DNA of 64,000 bases, from the NCBI RefSeq assembly GCF_006345805.1, contig NC_042997.1, positions 169,632,001-169,696,000 of the forward strand. Reading direction: 5' to 3'. This stretch comes from Octopus sinensis (taxonomy: Eukaryota). The position numbers and the translations under genes are program-made. Positions 1-13,084 of the stretch are shown here, one piece after another (the first letter of the stretch is position 1; every line of letters starts with the position of its first letter). Under the pieces are notes generated by a model. The model was not told the DNA's origin, did no database searches, and worked only from the letters and a program-made list of their open reading frames with translations.

Positions 1-39
1 GTTGGCATGAGCATTTATTAAGATGATGATGATGATGAT
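1..39 (+). mobile_element. 3' tail of RTE-type LINE, cut by the window edge
   Basis: Ends in (GAT)n, the same terminus as the RTE copies at 32118 and 58855. Confidence 0.5.
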
Positions 40-319
40 TGAAAAACTACCCTCTCCATTGGCTCATAATTATGTATTTGCACTTTCCTTAACAATTAGA
101 GATTATTAATCTAGTTATTGTTAGACACCACCATCTGATCTTTAGGTGCCTTTAGCAGCATTCTCTATATGTATGCATTCAAAACAGAGTTTTGGTTTTT
201 GACTGTGTTGCTTTTACTTTAGACTTGGCTTGCAAATGTTCTGACTGAGCATCAACTTTATTATCATACCAGTCTGGGAGTGCCTTTACAGATCTTGGTT
301 ATTACCTCTCCTCCATGAC

Positions 320-1930
320 TCATCATCATCATCTTTTAACATCTGCTTTCCATGCTGGCATGGGTTGGATAGTTTGACTGAGGACTGGCAAGCCAAGAGG
401 CTGCACCAGGCTCCAATCTGATCTGGCAAGGTTTTTACAGCTGGATGCTCTTCCTAACGTCAACCACTCCAAGAGTGTAATGGGTGCTTTTTACGTGCCA
501 CCGGCATGGGAACCAGTCAGGCAGCACTGGCATCGATCATGCTCAAATGGTGCTTTTTATGTGCCACTGACACTGGCATCGGCCACGCTCGAATGGTGAT
601 TTTCATGTGCCACCAGCACTTGCATCAGTCATGCTCAAATGGTGCGTTTTACACACCACCAGTGTGGGTGCCAGTCAGGCAGCACTGACATTGACTACAA
701 CTATGATTTCGCTTGACTCAGACACAGTATATTGCCTGATGATTGAGGGGTATGGCTACAATCTCACTTGGCTTGCCGGGTCTTCTCAAGTATAGCATAT
801 CTCCAGAGGTCTCGGCCACTTATCAATGCTTCTGTGAGGCCCAACATCCGAAGGTTGTGCTTCACCACCTCATCTCATGTCTTCCTGGGTCTACCTCTTA
901 CACAGGTCTCCTCCACTGTTAGAGTGTGACACTTCTTCATACAGCTGTCCTCGTCCAGATGCAACACATGACCATACCAGCACAGTCATCTCTCTGGCAC
1001 ACCACATCTGATGCTTATGTCTAACTTTTCTCTCAGAGCGCTTACACTCTATTGTGTATGCAAACTGATATTACACATCCAGCAGAGCATACTAGCTTCA
1101 TTCCTTTCGAGCCTACGCATGTCCTCAGCAGTCATGGCCCATGTTTCACTGCCATGTTGCATGGCTGTTTGCACACATGCATCATACAGTGAGAGAGAGG
1201 CCCTTTGTTACCAACAGAGGTAGGAGTTCTCTGAACTTTGCCCTGGCTATTCTTATTCTAGCAGCTATTCTCTCAGAGCATCCATCCCCATTATTGACTT
1301 TGTCACCTAGGTAACAGAAGCTATCAACTACTTCTAGCTTTTCTACAGATCAAGCAGGGCCATCTACCTGAAGGGATTTGTGATTTGTCTACCTTCCTAC
1401 TTACTAAGACTTTGTTTTCGCTAGATTGACTCTAAGACTCTTCAATTCTAGACCTTGCTTCCACACCCTAAACTTCTTCTCTAGTTCTAGTAGTGACTCA
1501 GCTATTAGAGCAAGTCCATCAGCATAGAGAAGCTCCCAGGAGCAGCCTGTCTTGAATTCCTCTGTTATTGCTTGGAGGACTATGATGAATAAGAGGGGGC
1601 TGAGGACTGATCATTGGTGAACCCCTACTTCTACCCGGAATTCTTCTTTATACTCCTTGCTAATCCTCACCTTACTGACAGCATCGCTGTACATGGCTTG
1701 TACAGGTCTCACCAACCACTCATCTACCCTACTTTCTACATTGACCACCAGACAGGGGATCGAGGTCCCTGTCAAAGGCTTTCTCCATGTCAGCAAAAGC
1801 CAAGTACAGAGGTTTATTTTGGCTAGGAATTTCTCCTGCACCTGCCTTACCAGAAATATAGTATCAGTGGTGCTTCTGCCTGGCACAAACCCAAACTGCA
1901 TTTCATCTACACTAACTCTCTCCTTAATTA
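320..1930 (-). mobile_element. RTE-clade LINE 3' fragment: decayed RT, C-terminal domain and 3' UTR
   Basis: Minus-strand ORF 1611-1901 reads QFGFVPGRSTTDTIFLVRQVQEK (non-LTR RT subdomain). The rest is homologous to the RTE copy at 30897-32118 and ends in (CAT)n on +. Stops and frameshifts are present. Confidence 0.85.
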
Positions 1931-2285
1931 ATTAGGCTATGACCCTAACTTAGTAATTTATAGTATATGTGTTGAAAACATATAGAACAGCTTTTTTGTT
2001 TTCAAATATGTCATATTAAAGACATTAATATATTTGGGTTTAGACTTTAATTATTCATGATTTTTAATATTTCTTTAATTAATCCTTTATGATTAGTTTG
2101 GGCCAGTTGTCCTCCTAAATCCTTTTGCCCATTAATATTTCAAGACCTTCTTGGTTTTCATTATGAGAATGAAGTGATGGTGATAATAGATGTTGTTCTT
2201 GTACTTTGCAGTAGGTCACAAAATGTCCTGGGGGGACTGTTATAACTGATAAAATTAAGCAACATGTCATTATTACCATCACTTC

Positions 2286-2326
2286 ATTCTGATGATGAGA
2301 CCAGAAAAATCTTGAAATGCTTAAAG
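2286..2326 (+). ncRNA. Degenerate minimal hammerhead-like motif
   Basis: CTGATGA-T-GAGA-loop-TCTT-GAAA-TGC; stems I and III are decayed. Confidence 0.3.
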
Positions 2327-4452
2327 GCTTGAGAATGCTATTATTCCAAGCTAAACAACAATGACTAATAAAGAAAAATTTGAAAAACTCTTAATAAAAA
2401 TAATTGCTAAATTGTGTGTTTAATATAAGTTTATGTATAAAATTAATGGAGTTTGTAACCCAATTGACTGACTTCACTAATGTCTTAGAACAAAGCATCA
2501 AGCATCACATCAATTACACTTTCTTTCATAAGGATCCCTGTTTTTCATTATGCTAAAATTTTGAAACAGACTATGACTTTTAGGAGAAAGAAAGGTGATA
2601 ACTTTATTTTTCCTTTTTCTGATAACTAAAATAAATACTACTACTTTATAAATATCATTATGTTGTGAAAAAAGTGGAGAGGGATTTTTAAAGATGATAG
2701 GATTATAATTTAGTTAGTTTATTAATTTCATCTTCAGAGATGAAAGATCTTTTAATATCTATGGTGTATATGTAAATATTGAAAAAGCTTTTCATCTCTG
2801 AAGATAAGGTTAATAGTGCGAATAATTATAATTTTATTAACAAATCATCTTAGACATTTAGATATTTCGAAAAAAAAAAGAAAGAAAGAAAGGAAGGAAG
2901 GAGAAAAGGGAAGCAAAATCCATTACATCTTTTTATTTATCTGAAGCAAAAACATAACAGAAATGTCGAAATATAGTTGAATGATCAATAATTATTAGTC
3001 AAAGTTTTCTGAAACCACAGTAAAGAACTGGGTTAGTTGCAAAAAAAAAAAAAAAACGTTTTGAAAATAGCAATGTTTATAGCCAAATAAAAGTTTATAC
3101 ACTAAAGAAATAAAGTAGTTTATTTACAGTCACTTTGAAATAAACTTTGGTTTAAATATAATTTTTCTTCTGACTTTATTAAATTAAAGATTCCTTATAG
3201 TACAACAATCAGCAGTCATAAATATCTTGTATAATACTGATATGTCTTGTATGTTAAATTATGTATGCAATACAATATTGCATAGTTTGAGAGAATTAGA
3301 TAAAGGTTATCAAAATAGATTGCTTCATTAGTCATTGTATTTCACTTCAATATTAAATACTAAAATATTAATAAAAAAAACCTCACTGATCTTATGTTCT
3401 GATTCTGAACAAATTAACCCAAAATCACTAACAGTGAAATGTAAATGCCTTCTTAATAATTGCTTCATGTGGCTCATTATTACACTGTTAGCACATCGTT
3501 TGTGAAATTGTAACATTGCTTTGTGCTTTTAATTATCCTCATTAATGGCCCCCTCCTTAAAGAGGAAGAAAAAATTGGCATGGTTCATTATTAAAAATAG
3601 CTTCCAATTGTTAATTTGCAAAATTCATGCAAATTTACAAAACCTTTGAAATCCAACTAGAATCAAAAGAGAAATAAAATGCTAAAAAAATGAAAAAGAG
3701 ACAACATAAAGTTATTGTCAAGATATGTGAATTATTACCTCATTATAACGGTATGTAAATTGTGCTAAGCAGGGGATAGAATCATGGGAAGCAGGTTGTT
3801 AAAACAGCATAATACCCTTATAGGTTGTGCTTAATGCCAGCAATCTTCTGACTTTTTTTCTCTTTTTGATAAATATACCATTCCAAGGAATAATGTTTTG
3901 TACAGTCAGTTACAAAGCAAACAATTGTAAAGTGATATTTATTTTGAACTTTAGAAATTTGATTGCTGGAGGGAAGTTTATGCAGCAAATAATGATATAG
4001 TTAACTGGTAGTGTGATCAAAATGGAGAAAGGTTTACAATGACACTAACTAAATATTTGTCTTTGATTTCACTTCTAATGTAGTCACAATGAGTCTCATT
4101 TTGATTTATTAATGTTTGATTGTGCTTCTCCCTACATCATCTCAAGCCATTTACCAGGTCAATATGGCTGCCATTTCTGAAATAGGCTTAGATGGCTTTA
4201 AAATCGACACATTCTTGTCCCATGGCATTGTGTTTAATGAGGTCAAAATGCTGTTAGTTACAGTAAAGGTTTACATATTCAATCTTCACCAGACACATTG
4301 TTTATATGTACACATAAGGTACTGAAGATACATAGAAAGTATGATAATGAATTTGACATTTCAATCACTTTTAATTGGTTTATCAACTTCTTTTTTGTAT
4401 GAAATAAGTAAAATTGAAAGGAATTTCATGATGTTGCTGTTTTATTTCATAG

Positions 4453-4598
4453 GTGATGACCGTGGCCCAGTTTTAGAGGTTATTGTGTCTCGTACCAACT
4501 TCATATCATCTCACACAGAAAGAAATGTTCGAATTGTTGGTTTGTCTACAGCATTAGCCAATGCTAGAGATCTTGCTGATTGGCTTGGAATCAAACAA
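4453..4598 (+). CDS. ASCC3: ASCC3 exon (second helicase cassette, after the DEIH motif)
   Basis: AG acceptor 4451-4452 and GT donor 4599-4600. Translates (G)DDRGPVLEVIVSRTNFISSHTERNVRIVGLSTALANARDLADWLGIKQ, matching ASCC3 as I recall it. 146 nt, phase 1 in and phase 0 out. Confidence 0.95.
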
Positions 4599-5459
4599 GT
4601 AAGGATTGTACATAAATTATTACTTACAATAATAATCCCATTACTTTCTAATACTGCACAGATTTTCTAATGTAAATATTTTCAAATCAGTTTTTTTTTT
4701 TGTATACTTTAATTCGAAAATAGATCAGACAGGTGAGAATTACTTCTTGAGGCTGACACCTTAGACCACTCAATCATCCTGATGATGATGAAAAGTTAGT
4801 GGACAAAATTTCAAGCTGTTTACTGTATTACAGCATCATGAAAGCTCTCTTATTTTAGTGTAAATATTAAAAAGCAGGACATATTAGCATATTCTGAATC
4901 CCAGTTGAAAGTATATTATTAATTTTTCTCATTTGTGTTTAACTGCCATCATGGGGTTGTATTAATGCAGAGGTCACGAATGGTTTTTTGTCAAGGCACC
5001 ATTAACATTTGTCTTCATTAAAGCTAATCGGCATGGAAGAATACATGTCTGTCTATCCCCCTCTCCACCATCCACTTATCCATCCACACATTCATCCACC
5101 CACCCTTGTTTTCTTCTTCAAAGAAACTTGAATTGATCAATGCATCTGTTGCTTGCAGCAGGTGCATTGTGTGATATGTACCATCATGGAATTTGTGAGT
5201 ATTGTGTTGGTGTCTTATCCAGGGAGCGTTTTGTTTTTTATCTACTAAATGCTATGGAAATTGGAAGCACCATCCCATTGGAACATAGGATTCAGAAAAG
5301 AAACAGAAAAACTATTGTGCTAGCTGTATGATGCCTTATCAATTTTACCAGCTGTCTCTTTGCATTAGCATGTACCCAGTAATGCTTAATTAGCTATAAA
5401 CATTGTAACTATTTGGGATTTCCTGAAATAAAAATAAATGTGTGAGAGTCAATTATGTT

Positions 5460-5700
5460 GTTGCTGTCATCATAACCATCATCATCTTATCCGTTTTTCC
5501 ATGCTTGCATGTGTTGGACAGAATTTGCTGAAGCAGATTTTCTATGGTTGGATATCCATTCTGTTGCCAACCCTCACCTGTTTCCAAATAAGGTAATATT
5601 TTCTCATGACCAGGCATACTTTTATAGAAGTCTGGAAACGGAGGATGTTGCTTGCATGACAGTGACACTTGTTCACAACTGTCATACAGTGTCATGGCAA
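5460..5700 (-). mobile_element. Decayed RTE-tail-like retroposon
   Basis: catcatcatc...ccatgcttgcatg..ttggac start resembles the RTE 3' UTR family. Confidence 0.45.
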
Positions 5701-6311
5701 GAAGATGTAAACACACGCACACATATACATACACACCACACTTCATTCCCATAACATTTATCACTTCTCTATCACCTGAAAGCAAAGTAGGCACATATTA
5801 CATCCCACTGCTTTCTCAGTTACCTTCTTTCCCCAACCCTGAACCACTTTCATTTCCCATTATCTTCCCCTACCTATTGTCTCTACCAATCACCACCTTT
5901 CTATGCCTTCTCTCTTTTACTTTTGTTCCTCATCATTAACACTTCATTTATCTGCATTAACACTTCATTTATCCCTCAATGTCATCATATATGTACTGCA
6001 ACTCCCCCTCCCCGAGCCTCTCCTATACTTTACTCCAGCATTTGCTACAGTCAGCTCTATCTTGCTCATGCACCAAGTCCAAATTTCTGTATCACCTCAA
6101 TTATTTTCACTACCTCCAATATCTCTCAAGGGTATATCTCAACACATCTTCACCACCATCTCTTTCCCTATTGTTCTCTTACTCTTTCAGTTACATGCTC
6201 TCTTTATCTTACTCTCTAACTTGCTCTCCTTTCTCTTAGGAGGTAGGCAGGCTTGTGAGAGGATTTGGTAGGTAGAAATTGACAAAAGCATGTTCGATCG
6301 ATTGATCAAAC

Positions 6312-6450
6312 ATGCTTTTGTAAGTTTCTGCCTACAAAATATAGCCTGGGGCCATATTTGAAGATATTTACCTAAGGTACCATGCAGTGGGATTGAGCCC
6401 AAAACCATATGGTTGGAAAGTAAATTTACCACACAGCCATGCCTCCGCAT
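6312..6450 (-). mobile_element. tRNA-derived CORE-type SINE head (decayed)
   Basis: Reverse complement of the ggctgtgtggt...ggttcagtcccactgc..ggcaccttgggcaag head seen in full copies. Confidence 0.6.
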
Positions 6451-6653
6451 GTATATACATTTGTATATGAAGATTCTCTTCTGTTTTTCTATTTTCTTAT
6501 GCTTTAACAATTTTCATGTAACAATATTAATATTGTAATTGTTGGAGGTTTTCTTGTGAGGATTTGTTACTTCTGATGAAGAAATTTATACAGTTTATTT
6601 AGACCTTTGCAATTTTGACTAAATAGACAAATTTTTATGGCATTTTTTTGCAG

Positions 6654-6774
6654 GTGGGCTTATTTAATTTTAGACCATCTGTACGTCCAGTTCCTCTAGA
6701 GGTACATGTTTCTGGATTCCCAGGGCAACATTATTGTCCACGAATGGCTTCTATGAACAAACCAGTCTTCAATG
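6654..6774 (+). CDS. ASCC3: ASCC3 exon
   Basis: tttttgcAG acceptor and GTATGT donor. Translates [40 protein letters not shown] plus G. 121 nt, in frame with the previous exon. Confidence 0.95.
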
Positions 6775-7057
6775 GTATGTATATTTCAGTTTTCCTAAAT
6801 AAATATTGTATATAAGCTTTTGAGCTGTTGTGCTCATCACGTTAACATTTTCTTTGGCAATAGATTCATTTTGTTTTGAGTTAAATTGACTAGCTCCACT
6901 CTATTTTCTGATAGCTAATTTTATTGAGATGGAAAGAATGACATATGTAGCTAATAAACTATTAACTACAAATCATATCAAATGACATTCTATTTTTCAC
7001 TATGTCTTTGAATGCTTTATTTTACTGAAGAAATGAGACATATTTGAAACATAAACA

Positions 7058-7635
7058 TGATGTGGTAAGAAGCTCACTTCTAAACCACATAGTTCCAGGT
7101 TCAGTCCCACTGCATGGCACCTTGGGCAAGTGTCTTCTAAAGCCTCAGGCCAACCAAAGCCTTGTGAGTTAAATGACAAGGGTAAGTTTGTATATAGTAG
7201 TTAGATCAGAACTTAGTCCTCGTTTTTGCAGAAGGTAAAAATAACTTTAAAATATTCCTTTGTATGTACCTTTGTGAGGCAGACATGGCTGTGTGGTTAA
7301 GAAGCTTGTTTTGTAATCATATGGTTTTGGGTTCAGTCCCAGTGTGTGGCACCCTGGGTAAGTGTCTGCTACCATATCCCTGGTCCAATCTATGCCTTAT
7401 TACTGAATTTGGTAGATAGAAACTGTGTAGAAACCCATCATTGATGTGTGTTTGTGTCTGTTCCTCCACATCACTTAATAATCATTGTTGGCTTGTTTAC
7501 ATCCATTTAACTTAGCAGTTGGGCAAAAGTCACCTGATTTATAGAAATAAGTACTAGAATTTATTTGTTTGACTAAAGCCCTTCAGGACAGTGCCCCATC
7601 ATGGTCACAGTCCATTGACTAAAATATGTAAAAAA
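7058..7635 (+). mobile_element. Two adjacent decayed CORE-type SINE copies (about 7058-7170 and 7278-7635)
   Basis: A-box/B-box-like head followed by ACCTTGGGCAAGTG (CORE-like). The second copy keeps its tail. Confidence 0.65.
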
Positions 7636-7763
7636 TAGATACCTATCCAAAATACCTGGAAAATAATATCAGTTTAATTGATAATAAAGATGATGTCTCT
7701 TCATTTGTAATGTTGCAGTAACAGAATGCATCTCTTAAAGTATAAATTTCTTCTGGTAGGATC

Positions 7764-8513
7764 TCTTTTACTCTTTTACTTGTTTCAGTCATTTGACTGT
7801 GGCCATGCTGTAGCACCACCTTTAGTCAAAGAAATCGACCCCAAGACTTATTCTTTGTAAGCCTAGTACTTAATCTATCTGTCTCTTTTGCCAAACTGCT
7901 AAGTTATGGGGACGTAAACCCACCAGCATCGGTTGTCAAGCGATGTTGGGGGACAAACACAGACACAAACATATACACACACACACATATATATATATAT
8001 AAGTGGAGGCGCAATGGCCTAGTGGTTAGGGCAGCGGACTCGCGGTCGTAGGATCGCGGTTTCGATTCCCAGACCGGGCGTTGTGAGTGTTTATTGAGCG
8101 AAAACACCTAAAGCTACACAAGGCTCCGGCAGGGGGTGGTGGCGATCCCTGCTGTACTCTTTCGCCACAAATTTCTCCAACTCTTTCTTCTGTTGGCCTG
8201 CTCGCTTAGCCAGCGGGGTGGCGTCATTTGAAGGCTAAAACAATACGAAGCGCATTGTGACCAGCGATGTGTAACAACATCTGATGGCCTGGTCGATCAC
8301 AGTGATATATATATATATATATACACACACATATACATACACACACACACACACATATATACAACAGGCTTCTTTCAGTTTCTGTCTCCCAAATCCACTC
8401 ACAAGGCTTTAGTCAGCCCGAGGCTATAGTAGAAGACACTTGCCCAAAGTACCACACAGTGGTTTGAACTCAGAACCATGTGGTTGGTAAGCAAGCTACT
8501 TACCACACAACCA
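7764..8513 (-). mobile_element. CORE-type SINE split by a nested insertion (tail 7764-7975, head 8361-8513)
   Basis: The two halves join into the same consensus as the intact copies at 36610-37007 and 37806-38198. Confidence 0.8.
8004..8305 (+). mobile_element. Young tRNA-derived SINE nested in the microsatellite of another SINE
   Basis: Head has TGGCCTAGTGG (A box) and GGTTTCGATTC (B-box-like). CpG-rich and flanked by (TA)n. Confidence 0.75.
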
Positions 8514-8557
8514 TAGTAATTAATTTAAAAAAAACTGAACTTTATTTCCCTCTTCAG

Positions 8558-8700
8558 CAATCAAAACTCATTCATCAACCCGTCCTGTTTTGATATTTGT
8601 GTCATCACGAAGGCAAACCCGTTTGACTGCCCTAGATTTAATTGGATTTCTGGCAACTGAAGACAATCCAAAACAGTGGCTGCAGATGCCTGATGAAGAG
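8558..8700 (+). CDS. ASCC3: ASCC3 exon
   Basis: tcttcAG acceptor and GTAAGG donor. Translates (A)[47 protein letters not shown]. 143 nt, completing the split GCA codon. Confidence 0.95.
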
Positions 8701-9344
8701 GTAAGGACATTTTTATATTTTCATTTTTTATATTTACATGTTTTTTACTTACAAAATATGATTAATATCCATATCATTACTCACATACACACATGCAAGA
8801 CCTATTGCAATATATTACGATTTTAAAAATGTTAATGTTTTTAAATTATTAAGCAGTACAACATACTTAAAAAGTATTTTATAAATGTAAAATAATTTCA
8901 CTTTCAGTAAACTATGTCATCTATCTGAGCCATATATTTAAAAAAAAATAAACATGTATTTCATCTGTTTAATTTTTAAAAAAATATAAGTATCTAATTT
9001 AATCTAAATATCATAATTATTCGTTTTTTTATATTGTATGAGTTTACAGCTACAAATTGATTGTTTTCAGAATTATGCTCATTTCTTTTTCAATTATTTA
9101 TTTAAATGCCAATATTAATATTTTTTTTTAAAATACTGTAATTTTTATCTAAATGAATCCTCTTATTTTGGTATCCGAATATATTTCTAAAATGAAAAAA
9201 ATAAAACAAGAAAAAAATTGATTATTTTATAAATCAATATCTTACACTATATCATTTATGTTGGCACCCCAAATATATATCTATCAAAATTTTCTTGAGT
9301 TGAAAACAAAAATTAACAGACTATTTGCTAGGTTGGTTTAACCA

Positions 9345-9770
9345 GCAATTCATACACACACTGTAAATACTATGAACGATAAAAATTCACTAGAGTGTTT
9401 AACAGGCATGGTATTAGCTGAACACTTTAACGTTTCGAATGTTAGTCCTTCATCAGAAGAAAGAGAAAAGTATAGAGGGAGTGAGAAAGAGGAATAGACA
9501 GTGAGAAGGAAAGGGGGAAAAAAACAAAGGATCAGAAACCAAATGGGAGTGCGCTTCTTAGCTAGGGAGTTAAGAAGGGGTGGGTGTATCAATGCAAGTG
9601 TAGGAGTGTTTCCACGTCTGCAAGTGAGCGTAGGGGAAGAGTAATGTGTGTGTGTGTAGTTTTGTGGGATGTTTGATTGATTATGTGTAAAATTGTGCAA
9701 GTGTAGAAGTGTAGTGATATAGGTTAGTAGTTGTCTAAGGTGTTAGTACTCAATACCAAAGGGAGAATTA
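9345..9770 (-). mobile_element. Probable PLE-derived 3' fragment carrying a hammerhead
   Basis: Non-coding segment, pyrimidine-rich on the minus strand, containing the hammerhead at 9425-9460. Confidence 0.45.
9425..9460 (-). ncRNA. Minimal type I hammerhead ribozyme motif
   Basis: Minus strand reads TCTT-CTGATGA-A-GGA-CTAACA-TTC-GAAA-CGTT-AAAG. Core is canonical, stem III is the palindrome AACGTT, stems I and II are short and weak. Confidence 0.65.
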
Positions 9771-11765
9771 TATTAAAGATGGTAATTACTGACACTTTAC
9801 ATTTGAGTGTACATATTTTATATGTTTCTAATCATCAAACTGGACATGAAGCATGATATAAATAAATGATCTGTTGCTCAGAATATATAGGTAAGTACCC
9901 AAAGATAAAGAGCTGGGATAAATGGATGAGAGGTGAAAGAAAAAGGAGGAAAATTTTGGCATTTTCTCATAATGATTGAGGAGTGTCTGAAGGTGAGATT
10001 TTTGTATGTTTATTTGCTGGTTTGTCTTTAGAATTAAAATTAAGAGTGGGCGATTAATTGCAAATTTGTTAAACTGTAAATTGCATGATAAAATATGTCA
10101 TACACATTTCAGTAAAATTTCAAAATTATGAATATTAAAGGGGATTCAACATTCACACTAATGTACTCTTGCACATATAAATACACTGAAAGAATTATCT
10201 GGAAGGTTAATAGAATAAATGGTAAATAACAGGAATAACAAGAGGAAATAGAAGAAGAAAAATAATGAATAGAATATAAAGATTAAGTGATTATGAAACT
10301 TTTAAATGTTAATGCACCTGTATCCATGAGGTTTCTTCTTTTCTTTAATGTCTCTCATGTATGGCTTAGGAAGTAGATTTTTTAAGCTAGATTTTTATGC
10401 CCAGATACTCTTACTGCTGCCAACTCTTAAGTTTTTCAAGTAAAGGATTTTTATTTCGGAAGAATCCAAAATCACTGAGCTAGCAAGTGATTTGTTGACA
10501 GGAAATGTCAACCAACTTGACATCTAGTAACCCAAATCTGAATGATGAAATTTATAGCTCAGCTTCAAACTGTGGTGTCAGCTCAGTGTAGTTTTGTAAA
10601 CATTCACTTGGACATGTGTGCACGTGCACACACACACACATGTAGTATACTTAGGTACACAGCCTTTTTGGTTTTAAGCAAGATATTGACTAAGGTCTTT
10701 TTGCTAACCAAACCTTCTTTTTACTGGTTTTATCAATTGGTATTGATGTTTGTTAGCAAAATCAGAATTCATAGGAAATGTGGAATTAAGGATTCTATCC
10801 GGTCATCAACCCCCAGCTTTCTTGTGATATCTTTGGTTTCCTAATTATTGGAATTCTAGTTGTTGGTATGAGGTTTTCCTCTAAATGTTTGTGATATTAC
10901 TAAATAGAATGATATTATTATATTGTCTAAATTGTGTAGATTGTTGGTTTCGTTAGCCAGGATGTGTATGGAATTTGACATTTTTTTTTATGAGTTTAAA
11001 TAAATTTGACTATGCGCTTATTTGAAGTGGGCTTTTACATGATTTAAATCCAAATTAATCGTTATCAGTGCTTGGTTTTCCATGCTTGAAAAATGTATTT
11101 TCCTGCTCACTCTTCTTATAAAATATCCAGTTTTCCTAATTTATTCTTTTAAATAGTATTTTTTTTAGAAGGTATGCTAGCATTTTTGATGGAGAATTTC
11201 AGCAGATACCTATTCTTATTCAGCTATGTGGGTGTATCATCTTGTTGCAGTGTTCTGCCTCATGGGCAAGGGTTGCATATTGTATGTAATATTTATCTTT
11301 TCAAAATTTTACTGAAATGTGTATGCTCAAAGTGATCATCATCCACTCTCAGTTTAGTGCTAATTCCAAAGGTCAGCCAACATATAAATATATAAATATC
11401 TCCCCTTTACACATTCTTTGATCATGTTAAGAAAATGTATGATTTTTTAAAATGTATTTTTCTCTTTTTCACTTCAGCTCTTTCTAACCAGAGGCATTTT
11501 CTCTGGGCACTAACCTATATATTCTGAGCAATGGATCACTTAACACTTCATATCCAGTGTAATGAGTAGAAAAGGGAACTTTAAATAACTAGATTTGAGC
11601 TACCATCTATTACAGTAAATCTGGCTAATATAGTAAATCATTTTACAATATCTTTAGCTGCCTTATCAAAGCAGATAAAACTATAAATAATATTGGGTTC
11701 AAAATCCCTGGCAACCTTCAATTTCTTTTTCCATCGTAGGAGTTTTTAATTCCATTTCCACACTG

Positions 11766-13084
11766 TGAGGGTCGGCTGAAAAGTTTTATAGGCTGACCAA
11801 GATATTCTCATGGAATGTGACCAAATGAGAGATATTTTTCAACATGATCCCCCTTGCAGTCCACACACTTTTTTCATCAGTCTTGTGGTACTTGGATCTC
11901 ATTGGTGAAGAAGCTTTCATCCTGCTGGTCAAAAAAAGTCATAAATGCCATTGGATCCCAGCCAAATGTTTCTTCATGTTGGGGAACAGATGATGGTCAG
12001 ATGGGGCCAAAATCAAGAGAATATGGAGGATGATCAACCAGTTCAAGGCCACACTCATGCACAGCAGCCATTGAAACTAAGGATATGCGTGTTGGAGTAT
12101 TGTCCCAATGAAACAAGATACTTTTTGTTAGTTTTCCTGGGCATTTGGTCTTGATAGCCTTTTGTAACCACCTCAACAAGTTGGCATGGTACTCTCCATG
12201 GTACTCTTTGGAGCAGGTGAAGAGGAGTGTCTCCACTGCATGAATTCTGTTTGTGTCTGGTTCAGAGTGATGAACCCAGCACTCATCTTGGACTAGGAAA
12301 CATTCAAGGAAACCAGCTGGATCTGCCTCAGACAAAGTCAGATTTTCCTGTGATGTGATCACTCCAGTGTGCTTTTAATCAGATGTCAGAAGACAGGACA
12401 CCCACTGAATAGAAACCTTCGTCATGCAAAGTTCGTTGTGTAGAATATTGTTAACTCTCTCACAGAATATGCTAATAGTGTTGACAATGATTTATAGTCA
12501 ATTGCCTCTCATCTGTCACCATGTGGTGAACACAATCAATGTTTTCCACAGTGTTGCTAGTTGTAGGACGTTCAGACCTTAGGTCATGCTCAAGACTGTT
12601 TTCCTGTACTAAATTCAGCTACCTGCCTTTGAACTGTTGATAAAGCTGGAGCATCATCCCCTAATGTAGCAATAATGTTGATATGAATGTTATTGGGGCC
12701 AAAACCTTTTTATGCAGGTATTTGATAACACCATGATGCTACGTTTTATCTATTTTCAAGAGAAATCACTATTAGTTGCTTTTGAAGTCTTCTCTGAACA
12801 GTCGTATGTCAGTTGACCTGGAAAGAAACAATTATCATCATCATCGTTTAATGTCCGCTTTCAATGCTGGCATGGGTTGGATGGTTTGACTGAGGACTGG
12901 TAAGCCAGAAGGCTGCACCAGGCTCCAATCTGATCTGGCAAAGTTTCTACAGCTGGATGCCCTTCCTAATGTCAACCACTCTGAGAGTGTAATGGGTGCT
13001 TTTTACATGCCACTGGCACAAGGGCCATGCAGTTATTAATAAGAAGAGCTAAACTTAATGCATGAACTTTTCAGCCCACCCTTG
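11766..13084 (-). mobile_element. Decayed mariner DNA transposon
   Basis: TIRs tgagggtcggctgaaaagtt / aacttttcagcccacccttg followed by TA. Minus-strand remnant FHWDNTPT...HPPYSLDFGP matches mariner HxDNA and YSPDLAP motifs. Confidence 0.85.
12834..13030 (-). mobile_element. RTE 3' tail inserted inside the mariner
   Basis: (CAT)n followed by the RTE 3' UTR consensus, interrupting the mariner just inside its right TIR. Confidence 0.8.

Noticed and set aside
2289-2400. C/D box snoRNA candidate (ATGATGA)
   Set aside because: No D box (CTGA) or terminal stem at a suitable distance.
2730-2805. 16-bp inverted repeat (atcttcagagatgaaa / tttcatctctgaagat)
   Set aside because: Real but short, in AT-rich DNA, single-copy here and without a target duplication; nothing supports a function.
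4341-4670. 109-aa ORF as a stand-alone gene
   Set aside because: It is the 146-nt ASCC3 exon plus in-frame intronic flanks.
8004-8085. tRNA-like sequence (also the head at 52870-52945)
   Set aside because: It has A and B boxes but no convincing acceptor stem and continues into a SINE body, so it is a SINE head rather than a tRNA gene.
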